64,000 nt of DNA from Octopus vulgaris (Eukaryota), in the NCBI GenBank assembly GCA_951406725.2, contig OX597817.1, forward strand, positions 29,326,001-29,390,000. The letters are read 5' to 3'. Positions within the stretch are counted from its first letter, which is position 1; every line of letters begins with the position of its first letter. This document shows positions 26,689 through 38,869 of the stretch, piece after piece. The notes beneath the pieces were generated by a model. That model was not told the origin of the DNA and ran no database searches. It was given only the letters and a program-made list of their open reading frames with translations. The position numbers and the translations under genes were made by a program.

Positions 26689-27330
26689 ATCATCATCATC
26701 CTCCTTTAATGTCCACTTTCCATTTTGGCATGGGTTGGATGATTTGACTTAGGACTGGCGAGCCAGATGGCTGCACCAGGCTCCAATCTGATCAGGCAGA
26801 GTTTCTACAGCTGGATGCCCTTCCTAACACCAATCACTCCGAGAGTGTAGTGGGTGCTTTTACATGTCACCAGCACGAGGACCAGTTAGGTGGTACTGGC
26901 AATGGCTACGCTCAAATGGTGTTTTTTATGTGCCACCTGCACAGGAGCCAGTCCAGCAGCTCTGGCAACAACCTCACTCGAATATTGTTTTTCACGTGCC
27001 ACTGGCACAAATGCCAGTAAGGTGATGCTGGTAACAATCATGCTTGAAAGGTGCTTTTTATGTGCCACCGGCATGGGAGTCAGTCAGCAGCCCTGGCAAT
27101 GATCAGACTCAGATGGTGCTCTTAGCGCTCCACTAGCACAGATGTCAGTCATGCGGTGCCGTCATCGAATTTGATTTTGATTTCGATTTCACTTGCCTCA
27201 ACAGGTCTTTGCAAGTGGAGTTTAGTGTCCAATGAAGGAAAGGTATGCATAAGTGGGCTGGTTACACCCCTGGCATAAGCCATGGGTTGTGGTCTCACTT
27301 GGCTTGCCGTGTCTTCTCAAGCACAGCATA
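26689..27330 (-). mobile_element. RTE family C 3' UTR
   Basis: Same subfamily as 2271-2935. Confidence 0.85.
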
Positions 27331-27701
27331 ACAATATAGGCAGTATCCTTTGCTTGCAGTCAACTGTGACAAGGATGTCTCCCAGTTCTTTGACATGTCT
27401 TTTTATGTTGCATGATCTCCATAAACAAAAGGTTCATGAAATGCTGTCATTTGTTTCCAGTTCACTGCAAATAGATGCAAGATATTCATTGCTTGGAAGA
27501 CAAGGGAAATATTACCTTGCCTAGATATGATGGGTGCTAGCAGCTGGAATGGCATCTGGCAGTAGAAAATATTCCCCCACTGAATCCTATCTGATCCATG
27601 CAAGTATGGAAAAGTGAATGTCAACATGGTGACAATGATGATAATTTAAATCATACTGTGACATTCTGAAATCCTTCTCTTCTGATAATATATATACATA
27701 T

Positions 27702-28006
27702 ATATATAAAAAAAGGAAATGAAGAAAATGCTGACAAAATAATTTAAGTAAGGGAGAGTGTATTTAATTAGGTGAAAGTTCTTTTTACCGGTTGCGCATT
27801 TGTTATGCTTATCAAAAGATATTTTGAGTAAGATAGAGTTCCTTTCTGATTGATTTTTTTTAAAAGGAACTCTATCTTACTCAAAATATCTTTTGATAAG
27901 CATAACAAATGCGCAACCGGTAAAAAGGACTTTCACCTAATTAAATACACTCTCCCTTACTTAAATTATTTTGTCAGCATTTTCTTCATTTCCTTTTTTT
28001 ATATAT
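27702..28006. repeat. Near-perfect fold-back palindrome (~144-bp arms, ~17-nt loop)
   Basis: 27702-27845 is the reverse complement of 27863-28006, with one mismatch seen; left end abuts (TA)n. Confidence 0.95.
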
Positions 28007-28034
28007 CACAACTCGTGTTCCACATCTTTTTTAA

Positions 28035-28072
<38 letters not shown>

Positions 28073-28136
28073 GAATTTTTTGCGTAATAAGATAAAAAAA
28101 CCAACGCTGTGTAGATATTAGAGCATTTATAGATAG

Positions 28137-29110
28137 GTCTTACAGCTCTTTCTGGGATATTTATTAATGATCCGATCGTGGCCGTTCGCCAGCCTCATCT
28201 GGCACCTGTGTCGGTGGCACATAAAAACACCATCCGAAGACCCGGCAAGACTAGTCAGGCCATAACCTGTGGCCCCTACCTGGGACGTAGTCAGTCCACC
28301 TGTGCATACCTTCCTTCTTGTGACACTTGTGAAGACCTGTTGAGGCAAGTGAAAATCAAAACAAATCAAAATAGATGAACATCAATGGAATTTGTATCTT
28401 TGTGGTACCAGTGCCGGTGGCACGTGGCACACAAGAAAACCATCCGAACGTGACCGTAGCCAGTACCGGATCGACTGGCCTCCGTGCTGTGGGCACGTAA
28501 CAAACACCATCCGATCGTGGCCGTTTGCCAGCCTCATCTGGCACCTGTGTCGGTGGCACATAAAAACACCATCCGAGCGTGGCCGTCTGCCAGCCTCGTC
28601 TGGCACCTGTGTCGGTGGCACATAAAAAAACACCATCCGAGCGTGGCCGTTTGCCAGCCTCGTCTGGCACCTGTGTCGGTGGCACATAAAATCACCCACT
28701 ACACTCTCGGAGTGGTTGGCGTTAGGAAGGGCATCCAGCTGTAGAAACACTGCCAGATCTGACTGGACTGGTGCAGCTTTTGGGCTCCCTAGACCCCAGT
28801 TGAACCGTCCAACCCATGCTAGCATGGAAAGCGGACGTTAAATGATGATGATGATGATGATGATGATCCCAATCCGACCGTGGCCGTTGCCAGCCTCGCC
28901 TGGCACCTGTGCAGGTGGCACGTAAAAAGCACCCACTACACTCATGGAGTGGTTGGCATTAGGAAGGGCATCCAGCTGTAGAAACATTGCCAGATAAGAC
29001 TGGAGTCTGGTGCAGCCTTCTGGCTTCCCCGATCCCTGGTCAAACTGTCCAACCCATGCTAGCATGGAGAACGGACGTTAAACGATGATGATGATCCCTT
29101 CATCGGAGAC
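28137..29110 (-). ncRNA. Type I hammerhead motif (PLE-type), interrupted by RTE insertions
   Basis: Joining 29110-29098 to 28173-28137 on the minus strand gives gtct-CCGATGA-a-gggat...atccc-a-GAAA-gagctg-TA-agac. Confidence 0.6.
28174..29095 (+). mobile_element. Two tandem RTE family C 3' ends
   Basis: (GAT)n tails at ~28843-28867 and ~29084-29095; atgatcc at 28167, ~28862 and 29091. Confidence 0.88.
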
Positions 29111-29204
29111 GGTGTGAGAGGATATTTAAGTCATAGTAAGTTTAGATGCGATACAAAATAGAGTGAGGTGGAGGAAAGAAAATAGATGCAAGATATGTAT
29201 GGGT

Positions 29205-29248
<44 letters not shown>

Positions 29249-29250
<2 letters not shown>

Positions 29251-29715
29251 GCATCTTGAAGAAGCTCAATTATTTAGTCTCAAAACATTATAATTCCCTC
29301 ACTTCTTATGAAAGGGACTATATTACCAATTTTGAGTTGAGATCCAGCAACTTCTATGGCTTACCAAAAATACATAAGTCAAAAGAAATACAGAAGGCTA
29401 TAAAGGAACAAGGTTGTGAATACATAAAACTACTACAAACAAAAGACCTTAAACTAAAACTCATTATAGCTGGTCCAGCCTGTCTTACACGTCATCTGAG
29501 AAACCTCCTTGACATTATCCTATAACCAGTGTGTAGTCACATACCCAATTTCATTCAAGATTACATCGATTTCCTGTCACATGTGCCCAAAGCAACAGAA
29601 TCCCATTCACTGTTAGTTTTGATGTAACAAACTTATATACAAACATTCCACATAATTTGGGACTTACTGCCATAACATATTGGGTCAAGAGACATAGAGA
29701 AGCGATCCCCAGTAG
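29249..29715 (+). pseudogene. Penelope-like element reverse transcriptase fragment
   Basis: NFYGLPKIHKS...LKLIIAGPACLT..L..LLDIIL*P...IPNFIQDYIDFL...(frameshift)FDVTNLYTNIPHNLGLTAITYW; characteristic PLE RT motifs; starts at (TA)n. Confidence 0.88.
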
Positions 29716-29844
29716 ATATATAAATATATATATTTGGCTGGACTGTTGAAGTGTACAGATGTGATTTTACTTCCCTCACATGTGAGTAACAGAGACAGAG
29801 GGGAAGAGGGACAAGAAAGAGGGTGAGGGAAAGAAACCAAGTGC

Positions 29845-30045
29845 ATGGCAGATGCACAGGGGCAATAAACACTGAAGGTGTACAGAAAACAGATTCCATC
29901 ACATGGAATCTGGCAGGAAAAAAACTAGAAGTAGATGATAGCTTCTGTTACCTAGGTGACCAAGTCAGTAGCAGGGGTAGATGCTCTGAGAGCATAGCTA
30001 CTAGAATAAGAAATAACTCGGGCAAAGTTCAGAGAGCTCCTATCT
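29845..30045 (+). pseudogene. RTE RT-distal fragment
   Basis: GRCTGAINTE...KKLEVDDSFCYLGDQVSSRGRCSESIATRIR (F.YLG motif). Confidence 0.8.
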
Positions 30046-30202
30046 ATAACTTTATTAAACAGTTATTTACAGCATGTTTCAGCTGTATTGACTGTGCACT
30101 GCTAGATGTGCATGTTGGTGTTAATGTGGGTACTGTATCATCAGGGCATTAAACAAGGACCTCAATGATACTGTACAGACATGTTGGGTATTCAGGTATA
30201 AC

Positions 30203-30570
30203 AGAAAGAAGCTTGAGAGGCAGTTGGATGGAACCTACACTCGCCTTCTTATGAGAGCTCAAAATCTCTTGTGGAAGCACCATCCAACCAAAATGCAAAT
30301 ACATGGAAAACTACCACCTGTGTCATCTCTTGTGAAAGGTAGGAGAGTCCAGTTTGCTGGACATTGTTGTAGAGCTGAAAAAGAGGTAATTTCTACTCTT
30401 CTCCTCTGGAAGCCATCTACTCTCAATACCAGAGGGTGCACACTCTCCTACCCTGATGTAATCTCCAGCAACAGGACCTAGGACGTCCGTAATACCATGA
30501 TGGACCGTGAAGTCTGGCGTAGCATGGTAAATTCCATTGTCTTGACCACGGTCGAACAATGATGATGATA
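30203..30570 (+). mobile_element. Second RTE-clade LINE 3' end
   Basis: KKLERQLDGTYTRLLMRAQNLLWKHHPT...RRVQFAGHCCRA...MMDREVWRSMV; gatgatgat tail. Confidence 0.82.
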
Positions 30571-31501
30571 ACAGAAACAGTTTATGCAATAAGCAAATCT
30601 AGATATGAAGAATAACTATCCCATTGATAATGGTATAAAAATGTTTATAAGACAAAAGTGGTTTTAAAAGGAGTAACGAAATACATTACAACTTGAACAT
30701 AAGTGTAACGGTATATAAGTGCTTTGGTTTTTAAAAAAATTGGTTGAAAAAGTTCTTGGAATAAATATCATTCATGCAAATATTAGACACATTGGTTTGT
30801 GCAAGAAGTGATGACATTAAATCCTAACCCCACCATTAAAACTAAATAACTGGTATATAGAGTAAGATTTGAAAGTTCAAATACATTAACAGCTGGTGTA
30901 CTAACCTTTAAAAAGTATTATTTAGTTTATATTAATATACACTCCAATATCTTAGGAGTCATGACCTCTGACATTGGTGGTGACTTGCAATTTTATTTTC
31001 TCTGGGACAAACATTTTTATGAGATGATGATGATAGCAGTGAGAGATACTTATAAATTTTGTTGTTGAGACATGTTATCAAAATGTTAATTTGTACTTTA
31101 TGATATTTTGAACAAATGGATTTTTTTTCATGTACCTGACATCATGCTGGCAGATACATGAAAGTTTTCTGGAGAAAATTTTCTGATTTTAAAATATTGG
31201 TTATTCTGCAATAAAATTAGCAAAAGAAAAATGACTGCATCAAAGATGTCAACGAAGTAATTTTACAGAATAAAAGATCATTCTTAGTTGAAGGAAGACA
31301 GAGGACATTTTATTAAAACCTGAGAGGAAGGATAAATCATCTATAAAGCAAGGATTTCAGGATCGAATACTAAAGGGGTGTGGAATCACTTTATTGCCAC
31401 TGGCAAAACTTTTAAATTTGAAAACTGTTTGTTGACAAAGTCTATAAAAATGTATGAGGAAAAAAAGTAGTTTAAGACCAAAGCAGAAAATAAATATAAG
31501 T

Positions 31502-31926
31502 TGTGAAGTATATTTGCCACTTAAATGTGGCTAACCACTAAGGGTAGATGCTACTGTAGCTTGTAGCCCCAGGAGAACATCTTCTCCAGCTGGCTATTGG
31601 CACATTTTCTATGCCCTATCAGTATTTGCAAAGGGAAGCCTGACTTTTCGTCTCTGGAAAAAGGATATATGTATTTGCATTGGGACCCCTTCGCATTGAA
31701 GACCGGCGATTGTCATGCGCTGATGATGGGTAAATACCCAGAAACCTGGATCCGTGCGCATCACATCAGGTCGACGATGGGAAGGATGACTTCCCTTTGC
31801 AAATACTGATAGGACACAGAAATTGTGCCAATAGCCAGCTGGAGAAGATGTTCTCCTGGGGCTACAAGCTACAGAAGCTTCCACCCTTAGTGGTTAGCCA
31901 CATTTAAGTTGCAAATATACTTCACA
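31502..31926. mobile_element. 425-bp non-autonomous element with 137-bp TIRs (TGT...ACA ends; Ginger-like MITE?)
   Basis: 31502-31638 and 31790-31926 are inverted copies with few mismatches; no clear TSD (aagt vs ttgt). Confidence 0.8.
31715..31761 (+). ncRNA. Type I hammerhead ribozyme motif
   Basis: atgcg-CTGATGA-tgggt(aaat)accca-GAAA-c(ctggatcc)g-T-G-cgcat; stems I and II perfect; cleavage triplet reads GUG (non-canonical). Confidence 0.75.
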
Positions 31927-33156
31927 TTGTCGTGCAGCTACTGTTTATACCTCGTTCAGAAATATAAGTTGCATATCTGTAAATTTGTAAAACTGTAGAT
32001 TCATTATTTTTCATAGCATAGATGCATGTCACAGGCGTTATGTTCTAACAATTTGTCTCATCCCACAAATTTCAGAAATAGTTCTCCATCACTGCTTTAA
32101 AGAGTTAAACTCATTTTGTACATAACAGAATAATATCTACAGACCTCTACCACCAGCCATGTATCATTTCTAATATTGCATGTTATACATTCCATTATTC
32201 TCTCAATTATCTCTCTTTCTAAAGTCTCATTGCACAGTTGGGACATCAACACCATTATCACTTACTTTGATACATTAATTATCATGGATTACATATTACT
32301 CTTTAATTCTTTTGCTAAATTGATTGATTACTATTATGCCTGCAAACCCAGTCTTATGCCTAGGGGTTACACATTCTCTCTTAGTTTACATTATGTGTGA
32401 ATATTTCTGTGGTTGGTCCTGATTCTGATCTCCTATGAGTCGAAATACTTTGTTCCATTTTCTCTCTTTATTAAGCAATCCCTTTTAATAACACTCTCGA
32501 GCGTCTTTATTTCTCTCAATGTCATTGAGTGCCAGTGTGTCTACATCATTATAAATGCATTTTCCCTATTGACATCCTGCTCTACCAATTTTGACCATTT
32601 CACAGATCTAATTCACTTGTACACAGAGAGCATTTAAACACTTTCTCTTACCTGGCAAAACAAAACTATTGCTTTCCTTTGAATAAAGTTTGTTTGTATT
32701 TCACAACAGTGTGTCACTGTAATTCATATTGTGTCAGCAAGAATAAATAAGTGACTGCATTTATATGAAAGTGTGTTTCAGTCTCTGTGGTGATTACTAC
32801 ATATCGTGTATTTACAGACACAATATTAACTGTAGCATCGTTTTAGTAGCTTCCACTTTATTCGTTTAATATATTTACAGTTGCAACATATGGAGCACTA
32901 GTATACTTTATCAAATGCTGTAATATCTTTCAGGATTTTAGTCTCTAGCTTTTGTCTATTTTGTATACACAAAAGATAATATCACTAAAAGGAAGATAAA
33001 TTAAGTTATTCAAGCAAAGAACATATAATCTGTTTACACTTTCAGAATGTGATGGTATTTATCAGAAGTAGCAGTGATTGGGTCGAGACAAATTACACCT
33101 CAAAACATTTCAATGTTTTCCAGTTTTGCGATCAAACCCTGCCGAGTTTGTATTAA

Positions 33157-33781
33157 CCCTTTTGATACCAACTCCTGAAGCTGCCTCTGGCTCTGTAGTA
33201 CAAATGTCAATGTTTTCATAAGTTTTTAATTAAAATTTTCCACCAAATCTTATTCACAGTTTATGTTCCTAGCACTAACTTAATGATAACTAAGTTATTT
33301 TACTAAATTCTTTGTTATATCTAAAATTAATTGAAGGAAACATAGAGCATCTCAAAATATATACTCTTTTCTCTTTTACTCTTTTACTTGTTTCAGTCCT
33401 TTGACTGTGGCCATGCTGGAGCACCGCCTTTAGTCGAGCAAATCGACCCCAGGACTTATTCTTTGTAAGCCCAGTACTTATTCTATCGTTCTCTTTTGCC
33501 GAACTGCTAAGTGACGGGGACGTAAACACACCAGCATCGGTTGTCAAGCAATGCTAGGGGGACAAACACAGACAAACAAACACATACACACACATATATA
33601 CGACAGGTTTCTTTCAGTTTCCGTCTACCAAATCCACTCACAAGGCATTGGTCGGCCCGGGGCTAGAGCAGAAGACACTTGCCCAAGATGCCACGCAGTG
33701 GGACTGAACCCGGAACCATGTGGTTGGTTAGCAAGCTACTTATCACACAGCCACTCCTGCGCCTATACGGCAAGAAAAGGG
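33157..33781 (+). mobile_element. piggyBac-type MITE (~220 bp) carrying a nested SINE A (33365-33763, minus)
   Basis: TTAA|CCCTTT...AAAGGG|TTAA ends; nested SINE flanked by TSD tatac. Confidence 0.88.
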
Positions 33782-34342
33782 TTAAACTAAATAATTAACT
33801 AATATGTTATCAAATAGCAATCATAACAAGCTTTAAATATATTAAGTAGAGCTGTTTAATATGTTTAACATGACTCTAGGATTGCTGGTGCCAAGGACAA
33901 CCTGTTGGTGCCCTTAAATGTGAAATTAATTTGTTTTAACAAAGCATAAACCTTGCAAAAATAGAAATAAAGTGTTAATTACAATTTCTTAAATGTAAAA
34001 GTGTCTTATTTTATTTATTATTTTTCATATTTTTCTCTTTGTACTTTTGAGAATATCGCAAACATGACATGATGTCCCAAAGTACTTTGTGACCCTGGGT
34101 GACTGCCAGAGTTGCTAGCACCTTCAGCTGACCTCAATGTTTTGCATCATTGAAACCCTTAATTGTTATTATATGAAATTAAAGAAGGAGTGTTCTTAAC
34201 TTCTTTCTAAGCTGTAAGTTTACAAAGTGGAATAAACCTTTTTTACTATCTTTGATCACATTGTTTACATTAGATGTATTCATATATGAAACATTGTAAA
34301 AATTAGTGCTAGCTCTAACCCTTATAGCAAATCTATAGGCAC

Positions 34343-34500
34343 AGGAGTGGCTTGTGATAAGTAGCTTGCTTACCAATCATATGGTTCTGGGTCCAGGCCC
34401 ACTGTGTGGTTCCTTGGGAAAATGTCTTCTACTATAGCCTTGGGCCAACCAAAGCCTTGTGAGTGGATTCCGTAGACGGAAACTGAAAGAAGCCCATTGC
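34343..34500 (+). mobile_element. SINE family A 5' half
   Basis: Head and CORE-like block only. Confidence 0.8.
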
Positions 34501-35649
34501 ATATTGTTCGAAAATATAAGGACACAGATCGTGTCGTATAGCCGGCTGGAGACGTTGTCTCCTGGGGCTAAATTACAGCAACATTAGTCCTAAACCAGGA
34601 CTGCCATGTTATGTTGGCAAAAAATCTTCACTATCTAGTACAATGTTGTGTAACCTATATTTGGAATCAAGACATGTAACAGAATACAAACATTTAAAGT
34701 TGAGTTCACAAATACCTATAATTTGCTCTTTTGAAAACACAGAGAACCATTGATTGTCTCATTTAACCTTCCTTTTAATGTTTATTATTGCTGCTGTTGT
34801 TCTGAATTCTATGTTTATATTAGTGTTTAGCTGTTTGCATATCTACTTCTAGAGAAAAAGAACAACTACATTTAATAAAACATACCACTTATTTTTTCTG
34901 TAAATAATTTATTCAGCAATTTTCCAATTTTTCTTTTTCAATCATTTATTAAATAAGATTCACTTCTGACTCTAAATTAGCTATTGGTATTGATTTGACA
35001 GATGCATTGTATACCTTTTTTTTTTTCTTTTTTTCATTTGTTTCAGTCATTGGACTGCAATCATGATTTTGCATCAGAGTTTAGTCAAAAAACATCGACC
35101 CTGCCCCAGGACTTTTTTCAGTGTGGTACTTATTCCATTTATTTCTTTTATCTGACAGCTAGGTTATGAGGATGAAAGTAAACCAACACCAATTGTCAGG
35201 CAGTGAAGAGAACTAATATGATCACAAAGACACAGACACATAACACACACACACATACATGTTGGGCTTGAATGCAGTTTCCGTCACCTAAAATTCACTC
35301 ACAAAGCATTGGTCAGCCTTGTACTTTAGGAAGACACTTGTCCATGGTTCTGTGCCGTAGGACTGAGCCGAAAACTATGTGGCTGCAAAGCAGGCTTCTT
35401 AAACTATACAGCCATGCCTTTAGCATAGATAATATATGCTAACTATTGTTGTTTTTTAACCCCAGGTCAAAGACATTCCAGTGATGACTATCCTAACATT
35501 TGACCCTGGATACACTACATTTATTTATTCATAACCACCACTATATTCATACAATAGAGATAGTTTCTTGCAACAACAATACTCTACAAAATACATGCGC
35601 AGTAGGAAATATGGCCATGCACAAGAACCAATAAACCAATAAGGCACCA

Positions 35650-36265
35650 GGCATGGCTGTTTGGTAAGAAGCTTGCTTCTCAACCACATGATTCTGGGTT
35701 CAGCCCCACTGCATGGAACCTTGGGCAAGCATCTTCAACTATAGACTCAGGCTGACCAAAGCCTTGTGAATGGATTTGGTTGATGGAAGCTGAAAGATGC
35801 CTGTCGTATATGTATGTGTGTATGTATGTATGTATGTGTGTATATATATATATACACAGGAGTGGCTGTGTGGTAAGTAGCTTGCTAAACAACCACATGG
35901 TTCCAGGTTCAGTCCCACTGCGTGGCATCTTGGGCAAGTGCCTTCTGTTATAGCCCCGGGCTGACCAATGCCTTGTGAGTGGATTTGGTAGACGGAAACT
36001 GAAAGAAGCCTGTCGTATATATGTATATGTATATATATGTATGTGTGTGTTTGTGTGTCTGTGTTTGTCCCCCTAGCATTGCTTGACAACCGATGCTGGT
36101 GTGTTTACGTCCCCGTCACTTAGCGGTTCGGCAAAAGAGACCGATAGAATAAGTACTGGGCTTACAAAGAATAAGTCCCGGGGTCGATTTGCTCGACTAA
36201 AGGCGGTGCTCCAGCATGGCCGCAGTCAAATGACTGAAACAAGTAAAAGAGTAAAAGAGTAAAGA

Positions 36266-36312
<47 letters not shown>

Positions 36313-36510
36313 TATGTTTATGTGTCTGTGTTTGTTCCCTAACCATCGCTTGACAACCGATGTTGGTAACTTAGTGGTTCGGCAAAAGAGACTGATAGAA
36401 TAAGTATTAGGCTTACAAAGAATAAGTCCTGGGGTCGATTTGCTTGACTAAATGTGGTGCTCCAGCATAGCCGCAGTCAAATGACTTGAACAAGTAAAAA
36501 AAGAAAAGAA
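35650..36510 (+). mobile_element. SINE A cluster: 5' half, full copy (35859-36266), 3' half
   Basis: Family A segments separated by (TA)n/(TG)n; suggests insertion into the internal microsatellite of another copy. Confidence 0.88.
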
Positions 36511-36678
36511 AAAGAAATTAAAAGAAAATATACTTTAAACAAAGACAGGGTGTCAGGGTACTTAAATGTTTTCTTCCTACTGCCTGATTAGTTGGAGCAT
36601 CCAACAAAGGTGCATGGTGTTGAGTTACAAGCCTTTATTTGCTGAGTTCAAATTTCACTAAGGTTAACTTTGCCTTTT

Positions 36679-37068
36679 ATCATCATCATCATCATCATCG
36701 TTTAGCGTCCGCTTTCCATGCTAGCATGGGTTGGATGGTTCAACTGAGGTCTGGGAAGCCAGAAGGCTGTACCAGGCCCAGTCTGATGTGGCAATGTTTC
36801 TATGGCTGGATGCCCTTCCTAACACCAACCACTCCATGAGTGTAGTGGGTGCTTTTTACGCGCCACCTGCACAGGTGCCAGGCGAGGCTGGCAAACGGCC
36901 ACAATCGGATGGTGCTTTTTACGAACGGATGGTGCCTTTTACGTGCCACCGGCACGAGGCTAGTCGGGGCAGCGCTGGCAATGGCCACATTCGGATGGTT
37001 CTCTTACGTGCCACCGGCACTGGTATCACAGTTGCAATTTCCATTGATGTTGATCGATTTCGATTTCA
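36679..37068 (-). mobile_element. RTE family C 3' UTR
   Basis: (CAT)n tail plus conserved block and repeat array. Confidence 0.85.
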
Positions 37069-37835
37069 GAGAGTCAATTCATAAAATATCTGTCAAGTAC
37101 GGACATTATTTTGATATTCATATTGAGCAGTCAACAAAACAATGACAAGACTTATAAACATATATTACAAATACATGCACAGATATACAAGCAATTATTA
37201 TCTTATTAATGTTAGATGCTTCAAATGTCCATAAATACAAATAATTTATTATACGTAATTACTACTTCATTCCTGACCTCACCAATAAAAAACAGTATTG
37301 TATATTATATATTAATGTATTTCTCATTATACAAGAATATAGTTACATATTTAAGTAGCATATGTCAAACAATTACTGCTACAAATAGCAACACTGATAA
37401 AATTACTTCAGTGGCAGGAGTTAACTACATTTGTGGAATTTTGTCTCATAATAAACAATGTCTAAAAACTACATTAGTGTCTCTGATAGTAGCATTCCCA
37501 GAGGATTATTGTGAGTCTATATTTCATTAAGGTATACATATAATATGTCACTGAAATGATGTCTCTGCTCATCTCTGTGTTTTTGTGGATATATATATCC
37601 ACGTATATATATGTATGTATATATATATATATATACATACATATGTAAACATCATTATCAATGAATATATATTACTTACACATACACACACAAAAATACT
37701 CTCATTTACGAATCACATAGAATATACATGTATGTGTGAAGCAAAGAGAATGCAGACACGATAATGAAAAATATAAAATAAAGATATATATTTGAATGTA
37801 ATATAATGTGTGTGTATGTGTATGTGTAAGATACC

Positions 37836-38025
37836 CATGCCGGTGGCACGTAAAAAGCACCCACTACACTCATGGAGTGGTTGGCATTAGGAAAGGCATC
37901 CAGCTGTAGAAGCACTGCCAGATCAGACTGGAGCCTGGCATAGCCTCCTGGCTTCCCAGACCCTGGTCGAACCGTCCAACCCATGCCAGCATGGACAACG
38001 GACGTTAAATGATGATGATGATGAT
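37836..38025 (+). mobile_element. RTE family C extreme 3' end
   Basis: Conserved block plus (GAT)n. Confidence 0.85.
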
Positions 38026-38869
38026 TTCTTAGATGGCAAACATCACATTAAAACAAATAAGTATAAAACTTCTTAGTAGTTAGCATTTCCTAGTCAAAAA
38101 TGTAAGTGGAAATTATTTAATAAAAACAACTTAAAAGCGGGTTACAGCTGCACGAATAATAAGTGGAATTTCAAATCAAAAAAACCCAACCAAACTAATA
38201 TTAATAGATTGCTCATACATTTTAAATGCTAAGATGAATTATCTAAAAAAGGGTGACTTTCACCAAAAACACTGATACTGGGTAGAAATGTTATGAATTT
38301 GATGGATAATAAATTTAAACATCACAGATGAAATTAAATAGCTTCCTTCTAGATTATAAAAAAGGGTAATATGTCTAGCTAAGCCATGTTTCAGCCTTGC
38401 AAGAATGTTATATTGCATTCAACATCAAATGGAATATTCTTGAAAGATTCAAACTATTTACAAATAAATTTAAAATCAGAAGATTATGTACTTTAGAAAA
38501 TCTGTCTTTTAGAAATCTTAATAACTCAGTTATTGAGGTTTTTGAGTGTCAACCATTTAGATATCAACATCACTAATTTGTAATGAATCCAGACACATTA
38601 GGAATTACCTTTTTTCTTAACTAGGTATGCACATAAATGTTAGAATAAATTAATGTATTATACAGATATACGTCACAAAATTATATGCACATGCAAACAT
38701 ACACACACACATATGTATCAAGAGAGAGAGAGAGAGGGGGGGTCTTGGCAGTTCCTATCAAACTATTCAGCTCATGTCAGGATGAAAGGAGGAAGGAGGA
38801 CATTAAATGATGATTATATATATATATATATAGCTGAAATTTATAGAAAGACAAAGACAGGTATATGAA

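Noticed and set aside
28400-28695. CRISPR-like repeat-spacer appearance (palindromic ~27-bp repeat, ~30-bp spacers)
   Set aside because: The spacers are homologous to each other, the array lies inside an RTE 3' UTR present many times, the context is eukaryotic, and there are no cas genes.
35859-35935. tRNA gene calls for SINE heads (families A, B, D)
   Set aside because: A and B boxes are present but there is no intact cloverleaf, and each continues into a multi-copy SINE body.
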